The notes under the pieces: generated by a model | What the model was told of the DNA's origin: nothing | Seen by the model: the letters and a program-made list of their open reading frames with translations, nothing else | Databases searched by the model: none | Shown: in pieces, positions 42,997 through 53,422 of the stretch | How positions within the stretch are numbered: position 1 is the first letter of the stretch | Layout of the letters: each line of letters starts with the position of its first letter | Assembly: GCA_003208875.1 (NCBI GenBank) | Contig: QCUR01000002.1 | Span: 64,001 to 128,000, forward strand | Direction: 5' to 3' | DNA length: 64,000 nucleotides | Source of the DNA: Prochlorococcus sp. AG-679-M23 | GTDB taxonomy: Bacteria > Cyanobacteriota > Cyanobacteriia > PCC-6307 > Cyanobiaceae | Program-made: the position numbers and the translations under genes

Positions 42997-44964
42997 ATGA
43001 GTGAGGAAAAAAGATCTAATAAAATCTCCAATGACTATGGTGCTGATCAGATACAGGTTTTAGAGGGTTTAGAACCTGTTCGTAAACGACCAGGAATGTA
43101 TATTGGTTCTACTGGTCCAAGAGGACTTCATCATCTCGTATATGAAGTCGTAGATAATTCTGTAGATGAAGCCCTAGCTGGTCATTGTGATCATATTGAG
43201 ATAGCTCTTAAAGAAGATGGATCAGCTTTGATTTCAGATAATGGCAGGGGTATTCCTACAGATATACATCCAAGAACGGGTAAAAGTGCTCTGGAAACTG
43301 TTCTTACTGTTCTTCATGCAGGGGGAAAATTTGGAAGTGGTGGATATAAGGTTTCTGGTGGATTACATGGTGTCGGAATCTCTGTTGTTAATGCTCTAAG
43401 TGAGTGGGTGGATGTTACTGTTTTAAGAGATGGTAATGAGTTTAATCAAAGATTTGAGAAAGGAATTGCAAAAGGTGAATTAAAATCCCAAAAACAACAA
43501 AATAAACCATTAAGAAAAGGCACAACAATTTGTTTTAAGCCAGATACATCGATATTTACTGATGGTATTCAATTTGATTATGCTCTTTTATCCTCAAGAT
43601 TAAGAGAATTGGCTTATCTTAATGGCGGCGTCAAAATTATATTTAGAGATGAGAGGCAAAATTTATCGGATGGTTCTTTCAAAGAAGAAATTTACTTATA
43701 TGATGGCGGCATTAAAGAATATGTTGAGTATATAAATAAAGAAAAGGAATCTATTCATTCTGAGGTTATTTATGTTGATTCACAAAAAGATAATGTTTAC
43801 GTGGAGGCAGCTTTGCAATGGTGCTCGGATGTTTACTCAGATAATATATTGGGATTTGCAAATAATATCAGAACAATAGATGGCGGCACACATATAGATG
43901 GCTTGAAAACTGTATTGACCAGAACATTTAATGCTATAGCGAAAAAAAGAGGTAAAAGAAAAGAAGTTGATAAAAATTTGTCAGGAGAAAATATTAGAGA
44001 AGGTTTGACAGTCGTATTATCTGTAAAAGTTCCAGAACCGGAATTTGAAGGTCAAACAAAGACAAAATTGGGAAATACTGAAGTGAGAGGGATTGTTGAT
44101 TCGCTTATAGGAGAATCATTAATAAAGTATATGGAATTTAATCCTAATATTTTTGATTTAATTCTAGAAAAAGCAATTCAATCTTTTAATGCGGCAGAAG
44201 CAGCCAAACGAGCGAGGGATTTAGTAAGGAGAAAAAGTGTTCTTGAGAGTTCAACTTTGCCTGGCAAATTGGCAGATTGCAGTTCAAGAGATCCCTCAGG
44301 TGCAGAGATTTATATAGTTGAGGGTGATTCCGCTGGAGGTTCAGCTAAACAAGGAAGAGATAGGAGATTCCAGGCGATTTTACCTTTGAGAGGAAAAATA
44401 TTAAATATTGAAAAAACAGATGATGCAAAAATATATAAAAATACAGAAATTCAATCACTAATCACTGCTTTGGGATTGGGTATAAAGGGTGAAGAGTTTA
44501 ATGTAAATTCTCTAAGGTATCATAGAGTTGTAATTATGACTGATGCAGACGTAGATGGGGCACATATTAGAACATTACTATTAACTTTTTTTTATAGATA
44601 TCAGAGGGATCTCGTTGAAAAAGGTTTTATATACATTGCATGTCCTCCTTTATATAAAGTTGAAAGAGGAAAAAATCATAAATATTGCTATAACGAAAAT
44701 CAATTGAAGCAAACTATAGAAGATTTTGGAGAAAAAGCTAACTATAATATTCAAAGATTTAAAGGTTTAGGTGAAATGATGCCTAAACAATTATGGGATA
44801 CAACAATGAATCCTCAGACAAGAATGATGAAAAGAGTAGAAATTGAAGATGCTCTAGAAGCAGATAGAATATTCAATATTTTGATGGGAGATAAAGTGGC
44901 ACCAAGAAGAGAGTTTATTGAAACTCATAGTGCAAATTTAGATATGGCGACATTAGATATATGA
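42997..44964 (+). CDS. gyrB: DNA gyrase subunit B
   Basis: RKRPGMYIG, EVVDNSVDE, EGDSAGG, PLRGK, QRFKGLGEM. Confidence 0.98.
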   Translation: MSEEKRSNKISNDYGADQIQVLEGLEPVRKRPGMYIGSTGPRGLHHLVYEVVDNSVDEALAGHCDHIEIALKEDGSALISDNGRGIPTDIHPRTGKSALETVLTVLHAGGKFGSGGYKVSGGLHGVGISVVNALSEWVDVTVLRDGNEFNQRFEKGIAKGELKSQKQQNKPLRKGTTICFKPDTSIFTDGIQFDYALLSSRLRELAYLNGGVKIIFRDERQNLSDGSFKEEIYLYDGGIKEYVEYINKEKESIHSEVIYVDSQKDNVYVEAALQWCSDVYSDNILGFANNIRTIDGGTHIDGLKTVLTRTFNAIAKKRGKRKEVDKNLSGENIREGLTVVLSVKVPEPEFEGQTKTKLGNTEVRGIVDSLIGESLIKYMEFNPNIFDLILEKAIQSFNAAEAAKRARDLVRRKSVLESSTLPGKLADCSSRDPSGAEIYIVEGDSAGGSAKQGRDRRFQAILPLRGKILNIEKTDDAKIYKNTEIQSLITALGLGIKGEEFNVNSLRYHRVVIMTDADVDGAHIRTLLLTFFYRYQRDLVEKGFIYIACPPLYKVERGKNHKYCYNENQLKQTIEDFGEKANYNIQRFKGLGEMMPKQLWDTTMNPQTRMMKRVEIEDALEADRIFNILMGDKVAPRREFIETHSANLDMATLDI

Positions 44965-45290
44965 TGAAAAATGTGATAAAAAATATTTGTTTAATCGGAT
45001 TCGCTCTGATTGGCCCAATTACATTACCTGCTGGAGGAATACAAAGGGATTTAAATGAATATAATATTTTTAATAATTCCAAAGAAATCATATTAAATTC
45101 AAATTGTTCACTTTATACTTTTCCTCAAATTAACGCAAAAAAATTGTTGGTTCTTGATACCGGTTCTTCATTATCAGTTTTACAAAAATGGGTAGTCAAA
45201 GAAAATGATACTTGGGTACGAGTAGAATTGCTAACAAATCATTTTATTGAACATCCTAATAGAACTAAAAGGGGTTGGATTAAAATATAG
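44961..45290 (+). CDS. Small exported protein with putative bacterial SH3-like domain
   Basis: Signal-like N-terminus; L..GSSLSVL..W....W.RV......RGW pattern; ATGA overlap with gyrB. Confidence 0.65.
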   Translation: MMKNVIKNICLIGFALIGPITLPAGGIQRDLNEYNIFNNSKEIILNSNCSLYTFPQINAKKLLVLDTGSSLSVLQKWVVKENDTWVRVELLTNHFIEHPNRTKRGWIKI

Positions 45291-45293
45291 AGA

Positions 45294-45665
45294 TTGGAAT
45301 TAGATAGATTTGTTTGTATTTTAGCAGGAAGTACCTTTGGGTTGTTTGTAAGAATGTTTATAAAATATATTTCTGAAAAAGATAAAATATTCTATTCTAA
45401 TAATATTTTAATAGTAAATGTTTTAGCCTCATTGTTTTTAGGTATTTTTGAAGGTTTAAATATAACAAATAAGAATTTAATACTATTTATTTTTGTTGGT
45501 TTTTTAGGATGTTTAAGTACATTTTCATCTTTCATATATCAGTTATTTAATTTGATTCGAGAAAAAAAATATTTAATCCTATTGATTTATTATGCTGAAG
45601 TTATAGTATTATCTTTTTTATTTTTTTGTTTAGGATATTTTATTACTTTAACTTTTATAAATTGA
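45294..45665 (+). CDS. crcB: Fluoride channel Fluc/CrcB, subunit 1
   Basis: GLFVR, IVNVLAS, GFLGCLSTFSSF; four TM helices; TTG start. Confidence 0.85.
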   Translation: MELDRFVCILAGSTFGLFVRMFIKYISEKDKIFYSNNILIVNVLASLFLGIFEGLNITNKNLILFIFVGFLGCLSTFSSFIYQLFNLIREKKYLILLIYYAEVIVLSFLFFCLGYFITLTFIN

Positions 45666-45991
45666 ATAAAAAATATTTATTAACTTTATTATTAACAGCT
45701 TATTGCGCTGCATTCCTAAGGTTTTATTTTAAGAATAATTTTGTTATTTCTATTATAGGTTCTTTTTTATATGGCTTCTTTATTTCAAGAAAAATTAGTA
45801 AGTCAAAAAGAGAAATTTTATTTAGTGGTTTCTTTGCTTGCTTTACATCTTTTAGTGGTTTTGTTCATTTTTTATATCAATTTATTATCCAAGGTTACTA
45901 CCTAAAGTTATTTCTTTACTTGAATGTAATTGTTATTTTTAATTTAATAATAATGTATATTGGTTTTCAGCTAAGTAGAAAAATTACTTAA
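45662..45991 (+). CDS. crcB: Fluoride channel Fluc/CrcB, divergent subunit 2
   Basis: AAFLR, GFFACFTSFSGF; TTG start at 45662 overlaps the TGA stop of the first copy (TTGA). Confidence 0.7.
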   Translation: MNKKYLLTLLLTAYCAAFLRFYFKNNFVISIIGSFLYGFFISRKISKSKREILFSGFFACFTSFSGFVHFLYQFIIQGYYLKLFLYLNVIVIFNLIIMYIGFQLSRKIT

Positions 45992-46033
45992 TTTTTATAT
46001 AATATTAATGTTACTTTGATCAAGGGCAATATC

Positions 46034-47443
46034 ATGGATGAAAATAATAATATCGAGGTAAGTACTTCTTTATCTTCGGATTTATCTAATCGTGGAAAGA
46101 TCACGATCCAGCTCGAGGAATTTCTTGTTGCAGGAAATTATGATGAAGCCAAATTATTACTTGAGCCTTCCCAGCCCGTTGATATCGCTGATGCAATTGG
46201 TAGTCTTCCTTTAATACTTCAAGCTCTTGCATTTAGGTTATTAAAAAAAAATGAGGCAATTGAGGTTTATGAGTATTTAGATCCAATAGTGCAGCAAACA
46301 TTACTAGATAGACTTCGTTCCGGGGAGGTCTTAGAAATAGTTGAAAAAATGTCTCCTGATGATAGGGTTCAACTTTTTGATGAATTACCTGCAAAAGTTG
46401 TAAGAAAATTTCTGTCAGCACTAAGTCCTGGTGAGAGAAAAGTAACAGCAGAATTATTAGGTTATGAGCCAGAAACTGCAGGCAGATTAATGACTACTGA
46501 ATTCATAGATTTAAAAGAAATGCAAACTGCTGAGGAAGCATTGTCTATAGTAAGAAAAAGGGCTGCATTTACAGAGACAATATATAGTTTATATGTCACT
46601 GATAAAGAAAGACACCTAACTGGAATTTTATCTTTAAGAGATCTTGTTACGGCAGATCCTACTAGGCCTATTGGTGAGGTTATGACAAAGGATGTCGTTA
46701 ATATTTCCACTAATACTAATCAAGAGGATGTAGCTAGAGCAATTCAAAGATATGATTTTTTAGCTCTTCCAGTTGTTGATAAAGAAAAAAGATTAGTTGG
46801 AATTGTTACTGTTGATGATTTGATTGATGTTATTGAGCAAGAAGCTACTCGAGATATTTATGCCGCAGGCGCTGTTCAGCTTGGAGATGAGGATGATTAT
46901 TTTCAAAGTGGTTTATTTACAATTGCTCGAAGGAGAATTTTATGGCTATTAATTTTAGTTCTAGCTAATGGTTTAACTACAAAAGTTATTGCAATGAATG
47001 ATCAGATTTTAAAAGAAATAGTTTTACTTGCTGCTTTTATCCCATTGCTTATCGGTACCGGAGGAAATGTTGGAGCTCAAAGCTCAACAGTTGTTATAAG
47101 GGGTTTAAGTACTCAAAAATTAAAATCAATGGGTGCATTTAAGGTAGTGGTTAAAGAGGCAATAACTGGTGCTCTATTAGGAATTTTAATGATATTAGTC
47201 GTTTTCCCCTTTGCTTGGTGGCAAGGGGAGGGACCATTAATCGCATCCGCAGTTGGAATTAGCTTGATTTCGATAACAACGTTAGCTGCAACCGCCGGAG
47301 CTATTCTTCCCTTACTATTCGACAGGATGGGTTTAGACCCCGCTCTGATGTCTTCCCCCTTCATAACTACTGTGACAGATATTGCAGGCGTATTTATTTA
47401 TCTTAGTACTGCAAATTGGCTACTTAATTCTTCGATTTTGTAA
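46034..47443 (+). CDS. mgtE: Magnesium transporter MgtE
   Basis: TAGRLMT, CBS pair, GGNVGAQS, DPALMSSPFITTVTD; start 46034 or 46016. Confidence 0.96.
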   Translation: MDENNNIEVSTSLSSDLSNRGKITIQLEEFLVAGNYDEAKLLLEPSQPVDIADAIGSLPLILQALAFRLLKKNEAIEVYEYLDPIVQQTLLDRLRSGEVLEIVEKMSPDDRVQLFDELPAKVVRKFLSALSPGERKVTAELLGYEPETAGRLMTTEFIDLKEMQTAEEALSIVRKRAAFTETIYSLYVTDKERHLTGILSLRDLVTADPTRPIGEVMTKDVVNISTNTNQEDVARAIQRYDFLALPVVDKEKRLVGIVTVDDLIDVIEQEATRDIYAAGAVQLGDEDDYFQSGLFTIARRRILWLLILVLANGLTTKVIAMNDQILKEIVLLAAFIPLLIGTGGNVGAQSSTVVIRGLSTQKLKSMGAFKVVVKEAITGALLGILMILVVFPFAWWQGEGPLIASAVGISLISITTLAATAGAILPLLFDRMGLDPALMSSPFITTVTDIAGVFIYLSTANWLLNSSIL

Positions 47444-47543
47444 GAATCACTAGGTATTTATTCTCATTTTTGAAGAATTGTGGTTTTTTTTGTTTAACTT
47501 TACATTTCTTAATGGTATTGTTTACAAAACAACATTAACTTTT

Positions 47544-48545
47544 ATGTCACCCGAAACATTAGTTGAGAATAAATTAGCTACTATTTCATCTTTAAAATCT
47601 AGTAATGATGTAGATTTGGTTAGGTCTTATTTGAGGGATATTGGACGAGTTCCATTACTATCACATGAGCAAGAGATAACTTTAGGTAGGCAAGTTCAAG
47701 AATATATGCAAGTTGAGAGAGCTGAAGTTGAAATAATGGAATTAACAGATATTAAACCTTCAGCTGAAGAATTAGCTGAAAAGTTAAATTTATCTACTTC
47801 ACAAATCAAAAAAAGACTCAGAGCTGGTCAGCGAGCAAAAGAAAGAATGGTTGCTGCAAATTTAAGATTAGTCGTTAGTGTTGCAAAAAAATATACAAAA
47901 AGAAATATGGAACTTCTTGATTTAATTCAAGAAGGAACAATTGGATTAGTAAGGGGTGTAGAAAAATTTGATCCTGCTAGAGGATATAAATTTTCAACAT
48001 ATGCTTATTGGTGGATTAGACAAGGTATTACAAGAGCAATTGCAGAAAAAAGTAGAGCTATTAGATTGCCAATCCACATAACGGAAATGCTTAATAAGCT
48101 AAAAAAAGGTCAAAGAGAGTTGAGTCAAGAAATGTCAAGAACACCTACGATAAGTGAACTAGCTAAATATGTTGAGTTGCCTGAAGATGATGTTAAAGAT
48201 TTAATGTGCAAAGCTGGGCAGCCAGTAAGTCTAGAAACAAAAGTTGGTGATGGTGAAGATACAGTTTTACTGGATTTGTTAGCTGGAGGAGAAGATTTAC
48301 CTGATGAGCAAATTGAAATGGACTGTATGAGAGGTGACTTACATTCACTACTTCATCAGTTACCTGATTTGCAATGTAGAGTTTTAAGAATGAGATATGG
48401 AATGGATGGAGATGAGCCAATGTCTCTAACAGGTATTGGACGTGTTTTGGGTATTAGTAGAGATAGGGTAAGAAATTTAGAAAGAGATGGTCTTAGAGGT
48501 CTAAGAAGACTTAGCGAAAGTGTGGAAGCTTATTTCGTCTCTTGA
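47544..48545 (+). CDS. Group 2 sigma-70 factor (RpoD/SigA family)
   Basis: DLVRSYLRDIGRVPLL, ANLRLVVSVAKKY, DLIQEG, FSTYAYWWIRQ; no region 1.1; start probably 47544. Confidence 0.93.
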   Translation: MSPETLVENKLATISSLKSSNDVDLVRSYLRDIGRVPLLSHEQEITLGRQVQEYMQVERAEVEIMELTDIKPSAEELAEKLNLSTSQIKKRLRAGQRAKERMVAANLRLVVSVAKKYTKRNMELLDLIQEGTIGLVRGVEKFDPARGYKFSTYAYWWIRQGITRAIAEKSRAIRLPIHITEMLNKLKKGQRELSQEMSRTPTISELAKYVELPEDDVKDLMCKAGQPVSLETKVGDGEDTVLLDLLAGGEDLPDEQIEMDCMRGDLHSLLHQLPDLQCRVLRMRYGMDGDEPMSLTGIGRVLGISRDRVRNLERDGLRGLRRLSESVEAYFVS

Positions 48546-49441
48546 ATAAATTCACGTATTAATTTATTAGTTTCCTCAGGATTTTCATCATGTGGACAAT
48601 GTCCAGCATTCATAATAATATCTAGCCTTTTTATATTTTTATAATTTTTCTTCCAAGATTTTGCTTCATTTAGAGATTCCCATGGATCTTTTTCTCCCCA
48701 AATCAACTGAATTGGAGCATTGACCTTACCAAAAAGGTCTGTTGCAAGGTAGTCGTCAAAAAGATTGATAAATCCACGAAATGCTTCTTTCGAATTTTCT
48801 CTTTGAGAAGGGTTATATAGAATTTCTATTAATTCTTCATCAATATTTTTTCCTGAGGGATATGCTTTTTTAAGGATTTGTTTTATTATTGCTGGATTTG
48901 CAGCCCTTTCAAAGAGAGTGTTGCTAATAATTCTTTTACTTACTAGTGTTTTTATTACTGGACGTAAAAAGTTCATTAAAATGTCACTTCTTTTTAATCT
49001 TTTATCATCCATTGTTCTTTGAGCACAGTCAATTAAAACGAGTCCATTGCAATTTTCTTTGAGAATTTCAGCAGCTTTTAAAGATACAACCCCACCTATT
49101 GAGTTGCCCACTAAAAATACAGGAGATTGAATTACTTCATTACAAAATGCAGCTATCTGATTCCCCCATAAGTCAAAAGAATATTTAATATGGTTTTTTT
49201 TGTAAGATTCATAATCTAATAAAGCCCCAGGTTGGCTGCTTTCTCCAAAGCCTAGTAAGTCAATTGAATAGCAATTATAAATACTTCCTAGAAAATCTTG
49301 ATTATGTCTCCAGTGCCTCTTTGATGCTCCAAAACCATGTATTAATAATATATTTAAATTATTATTAGGTGATTGTTTTGATGAAGACCACGATATCTCC
49401 CAATCTTTCCATTTCCAATTTTCAGATTTTTTAAAAGGCAT
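48530..49441 (-). CDS. Alpha/beta fold hydrolase
   Basis: HGFGAS, DLLGFG, GNSIGG nucleophile elbow, WGEKDPW, GHCPHDE. Confidence 0.92.
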   Translation of the reverse strand: MPFKKSENWKWKDWEISWSSSKQSPNNNLNILLIHGFGASKRHWRHNQDFLGSIYNCYSIDLLGFGESSQPGALLDYESYKKNHIKYSFDLWGNQIAAFCNEVIQSPVFLVGNSIGGVVSLKAAEILKENCNGLVLIDCAQRTMDDKRLKRSDILMNFLRPVIKTLVSKRIISNTLFERAANPAIIKQILKKAYPSGKNIDEELIEILYNPSQRENSKEAFRGFINLFDDYLATDLFGKVNAPIQLIWGEKDPWESLNEAKSWKKNYKNIKRLDIIMNAGHCPHDENPEETNKLIREFIQETK

Positions 49442-49472
49442 TACAAGAAAAATATTAATTAAACTTTAATTC

Positions 49473-49487
49473 AAAAAAAAAAAAAAA
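49473..49487. repeat. A15 homopolymer in a divergent intergenic region
   Basis: 15 consecutive A; the longest homopolymer I noticed in the window. Confidence 0.9.
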
Positions 49488-49530
49488 GTTTTTGATTAAT
49501 TATTCTTAGTTTAGAAAAAAATTTTAGTCT

Positions 49531-50529
49531 ATGAAAAAAACAAAAGTTGTTTGTATTGGAGAGGCTTTGGTAGATAGAATCAAGAATAAAACGAATCAAG
49601 GATTTACGGATTTTTTGGGAGGAGCTCCTGCAAATGTAGTTTCTGCATTGAGAAAATTGCAAATAGATTCAGCATTTATTGGACGTGTAGGAAGTGATGA
49701 ATTTGGTAAGAAATTTATTAAACAATTTAAAGAATTAGAGGTAAATATAAAATTTTTGCAATTGGATGATTGTCGTCCTACTCGTATCGTTAAAGTAGAT
49801 AGAGATAATTCTGGAGATCGATATTTTTCTGGTTTTGATACAAGCTTAAATACAGTTTTTGCTGATGAGGCTCTTGATGTAAATGAAATTAAAAAAGATT
49901 TGAAAAGTTTGGAAGAACTCTTTTCAAAAACAAAATATTTAGTTTGTGGAACAATTATATTATCGTCTTCAATTTCAGCAGATTCTATTAACTTTTTATT
50001 GAGTTTAGCTAATAAATTTGATGTAAAAATAATAATTGATTTGAACTGGCGGGAGGTTTTTTGGGATTTTGCAACTTCTTTATCAGAAACTAGTAAAAAA
50101 GAAAGAGTTAATTTAATTAGGAATTTATTGAATGAAGCGCATATTTTAAAGTTGGCTAAAGAGGAGGCAATTTTATTTTTTGAAAATGAAAATCCTTTGG
50201 AAATATCTGAAAAATTGTTAAACCGTCCTGATGTAATAATTACAGATGGAGCAAATCCTATTTTGTGGTTTATAAATGGAGTGCAGGGAATGACTAAAGT
50301 ATGTAGGTCGCTAAAAATTATTGATACTACTGGAGCAGGTGATGCTTTTTTAGCTGGATTAATTTCAAAATTACTTTCATTTGATTATCCTCTAAATAAA
50401 TCAGAAATACAAAATTGTGTAAGGTTTGCAAGTGTTTGTGGTTTGCTCACTTGTCTTGGTGAAGGTGCGATTGAACAACAACCAGACTATTCAAAAGTTA
50501 ATAAATTTCTTGGATCCCAGATTTTATAA
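49531..50529 (+). CDS. PfkB family carbohydrate kinase (fructokinase-like)
   Basis: GEALVD, GGAPANV, DLNWR, DTTGAGDAF. Confidence 0.92.
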   Translation: MKKTKVVCIGEALVDRIKNKTNQGFTDFLGGAPANVVSALRKLQIDSAFIGRVGSDEFGKKFIKQFKELEVNIKFLQLDDCRPTRIVKVDRDNSGDRYFSGFDTSLNTVFADEALDVNEIKKDLKSLEELFSKTKYLVCGTIILSSSISADSINFLLSLANKFDVKIIIDLNWREVFWDFATSLSETSKKERVNLIRNLLNEAHILKLAKEEAILFFENENPLEISEKLLNRPDVIITDGANPILWFINGVQGMTKVCRSLKIIDTTGAGDAFLAGLISKLLSFDYPLNKSEIQNCVRFASVCGLLTCLGEGAIEQQPDYSKVNKFLGSQIL

Positions 50530-50924
50530 TTTCTCCCAAAATTTGTAGCGTAACTTATTTCTATTTTCCAGAAATTATTCAAACAAGGCTTTATTAATTC
50601 CGGCCATTCAATAACCATTATAGCTTCATTTTGTATAGCCTCTTCTTCCTCAGAAATAAAGAATTCTTTTGCCATCAAACTATTTTCTAGTCTGTACAAA
50701 TCCATGTGAATGAGTGGAATAGTTCCAGAACTATAATGATGCGATAAAGCAAATGTTGGACTTGTAATATCTTCTGAAATAGAGAGGCCTATTGCAATTC
50801 CTTGGACGAATGAAGTTTTTCCAGCTCCAATAGGACCTTGTAGTAAAATGACTGATTTTGGATTTAATCCTCGAGCGAAATCACTTCCTAATTGAATTGT
50901 TTCTTTTAGATTCCCAACAAACAC
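50487..50924 (-). CDS. tsaE: tRNA t6A biosynthesis ATPase
   Basis: GPIGAGKT, SPTF, HMDLYRL, IEWPE. Confidence 0.95.
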   Translation of the reverse strand: MFVGNLKETIQLGSDFARGLNPKSVILLQGPIGAGKTSFVQGIAIGLSISEDITSPTFALSHHYSSGTIPLIHMDLYRLENSLMAKEFFISEEEEAIQNEAIMVIEWPELIKPCLNNFWKIEISYATNFGRNYKIWDPRNLLTFE

Positions 50925-50973
50925 AAAATTATATAAAAATCATTTATAGTAAAAGTATAAGATATTTTTAGAA

Positions 50974-52392
50974 ATGGTTATTGCTAATTCGATTAAAACC
51001 TCCATACCAAACTACGTAATTAAAGATATTTCTTTATCTGATTTCGGGCGTAAGGAAATTAAAATTGCCGAAACTGAAATGCCTGGACTAATGGCACTTA
51101 GAGATAAGCATCATTCTGATAATCCTCTAAAAGGTGCAAAGATAGCTGGTAGTTTACATATGACTATCCAAACTGCTGTTTTGATTGAAACTCTTGTTGA
51201 ACTTGGTGCACAAGTTAAATGGGCTTCATGTAATATTTTCTCAACACAGGATCATGCAGCGGCGGCTATTGCAGAACAAGGAATTTCTGTATATGCAAAA
51301 AAAGGTGAGAGTCTAGATGAGTATTGGCAATATACACACTACATTTTGGATTGGGGTACAGATTCTCCAAACATGATTCTTGATGATGGGGGAGATGCAA
51401 CAGGTTTATTGATACTCGGGAGTAAGGCAGAAAAGGATTTGTCAGTTTTAAACAATCCTAGTAACGAAGAGGAAATAGCATTATTCAAATCAATTAGGTC
51501 TAAATTGCAAGAAGATAGTAGTTTCTACTCTCGTATTAAGGCAAATATTATTGGCGTTACTGAAGAAACAACAACAGGAGTTGCAAGACTTTATCAATTG
51601 CAAAAACAAAATGCATTACCATTTCCTGCTATTAACGTAAACGATTCAGTTACCAAGAGTAAATTTGATAACTTATATGGTTGTAGAGAATCTCTAGTCG
51701 ATAGTATCAAACGTGCGACTGATGTAATGATTGCAGGAAAGGTTGCGTTAGTAATGGGATTCGGAGATGTTGGCAAAGGATCTGCTCAATCTTTAAGAGG
51801 ACTTGGAGCAATAGTCAAAGTTGCTGAAGTTGATCCTATATGCGCTCTTCAAGCAGCTATGGAGGGATTTAGTGTCGTAACATTAAATGATGTTGTTGAA
51901 GATATTGATATATTTGTTACTGCTACTGGTAATTACCAAGTTATAACTAACGATAACCTTATCAAAATGAAGGATGAGGCGATAGTCTGTAATATTGGAC
52001 ATTTTGATAACGAGATTGATGTTGCTTCTTTGAAAGATTACCCTTGGGAGAATATTAAGCCTCAAGTTGATCATATTACTTTGCCAAGTGGAAATAAAAT
52101 TATTCTTTTAGCAGAGGGAAGACTTGTTAATTTAGGCTGTGCGACAGGTCATCCAAGTTTTGTTATGAGTAATTCTTTTACTAATCAGGTATTAGCCCAA
52201 ATTGAACTTTTCAATAAGTCAGATGAATACTCTAAAGAGGTCTATGTTTTACCCAAACATTTAGATGAAATGGTAGCCAGATTACATTTAGATAAAATTG
52301 GGGCTAAGTTAACAAAACTAACTAAAGATCAAGCAGACTATATTAATGTCTCCGTTGATGGACCTTATAAACCAGAGCAATATAGATATTAA
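50974..52392 (+). CDS. ahcY: Adenosylhomocysteinase
   Basis: [45 protein letters not shown]. Confidence 0.98.
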   Translation: MVIANSIKTSIPNYVIKDISLSDFGRKEIKIAETEMPGLMALRDKHHSDNPLKGAKIAGSLHMTIQTAVLIETLVELGAQVKWASCNIFSTQDHAAAAIAEQGISVYAKKGESLDEYWQYTHYILDWGTDSPNMILDDGGDATGLLILGSKAEKDLSVLNNPSNEEEIALFKSIRSKLQEDSSFYSRIKANIIGVTEETTTGVARLYQLQKQNALPFPAINVNDSVTKSKFDNLYGCRESLVDSIKRATDVMIAGKVALVMGFGDVGKGSAQSLRGLGAIVKVAEVDPICALQAAMEGFSVVTLNDVVEDIDIFVTATGNYQVITNDNLIKMKDEAIVCNIGHFDNEIDVASLKDYPWENIKPQVDHITLPSGNKIILLAEGRLVNLGCATGHPSFVMSNSFTNQVLAQIELFNKSDEYSKEVYVLPKHLDEMVARLHLDKIGAKLTKLTKDQADYINVSVDGPYKPEQYRY

Positions 52393-52394
52393 AT

Positions 52395-53045
52395 TTGAGT
52401 TTAATTTTTATTAATTTACTCACTTCCATTCCCGAATATATTAGTAAGGCTGTTGAAACAAACTCAACAATAGCTTACTTAACGATATGTTTGGCGATGT
52501 TTTTAGAAAACATCATACCCCCAATCCCATCGGAAATAATAATGCCTTTAGGTGGATTTTTTGTTTACCAACAAAAATTAAATTTTTATATTTTGGTTTT
52601 TTGGGGTGTATTTGGAACGATACTAGGATCTATGCCTTGGTATTATTTAGGTAAATTAGTAAATGAAAAGAGACTATCAAACTTTTTAGATAAAAGGGGT
52701 AAATACATAGGAATAACTTCTAATGATCTTATTAAAAGCAGGAGATGGTTTGATAAATATGGGGTTTCGTTAGTTTTTTGGGGTAGATTAGTGCCTGGTA
52801 TAAGAACATTAATTTCAGTACCTGCTGGAATGGAATTAATGCCACTGAAGAAATTTTTAATTTGGACTAGTTTAGGAAGTTTAATATGGGTTACATTATT
52901 AACCTATGCAGGATTTGTATTTGGCGAAAATTATCCAATTATTGAAACATATCTAAATCAAATTAAATATATTGTCAAACCTATACTAATTCTGATATTT
53001 GTTTATTTTTTAATAAAATTTTTTATGAGACTTTATAATAAATAA
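52395..53045 (+). CDS. DedA family membrane protein
   Basis: ENIIPPIPSEIIMPLGG, FDKYG, GRLVPGIRTLISVPAG. Confidence 0.93.
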   Translation: MSLIFINLLTSIPEYISKAVETNSTIAYLTICLAMFLENIIPPIPSEIIMPLGGFFVYQQKLNFYILVFWGVFGTILGSMPWYYLGKLVNEKRLSNFLDKRGKYIGITSNDLIKSRRWFDKYGVSLVFWGRLVPGIRTLISVPAGMELMPLKKFLIWTSLGSLIWVTLLTYAGFVFGENYPIIETYLNQIKYIVKPILILIFVYFLIKFFMRLYNK

Positions 53046-53050
53046 AAATC

Positions 53051-53422
53051 TTAAAAAGGAATATCTCCAGAGTTATTATTATTTGAAAAATTGCTGTTAT
53101 CTGTTTCTTTCTTAGAGCTTAATAAATTTAATCTATCAACTCTAACAACTGGTTTAAATCTGTCTTCACCTGTATTCTTGTCTTTCCAGCTATCAATTTT
53201 AAAGCTTCCTGTAATACCAATTAAAGAACCTTTCTTGACATAGTCAGCAGCTATTTGTGCTTGTTTGCCCCATATTTCTAAATTAAACCAGTCAGGTTCA
53301 TCACCTCTACTTATTCTATTTACTGCAAGAGTGAAGTTCGCAACTGTACTTCCAGATTCGAAATATCTCACATCAGGTTCTCTTCCTGCTCTACCAACCA
53401 AATTAATAGTGTTAATTTCCAT
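53051..53422 (-). CDS. ssb: Single-stranded DNA-binding protein
   Basis: NTINLVGRAGREP, FTLAVNR, WFNLEIWG, acidic tail GDIPF; start 53422 (track 53446). Confidence 0.96.
   Translation of the reverse strand: MEINTINLVGRAGREPDVRYFESGSTVANFTLAVNRISRGDEPDWFNLEIWGKQAQIAADYVKKGSLIGITGSFKIDSWKDKNTGEDRFKPVVRVDRLNLLSSKKETDNSNFSNNNNSGDIPF

Noticed and set aside
49471..49662. 63-aa minus-strand ORF ending in poly-Phe
   Set aside because: Antisense to the kinase 5' end; the tail just translates the A15 tract
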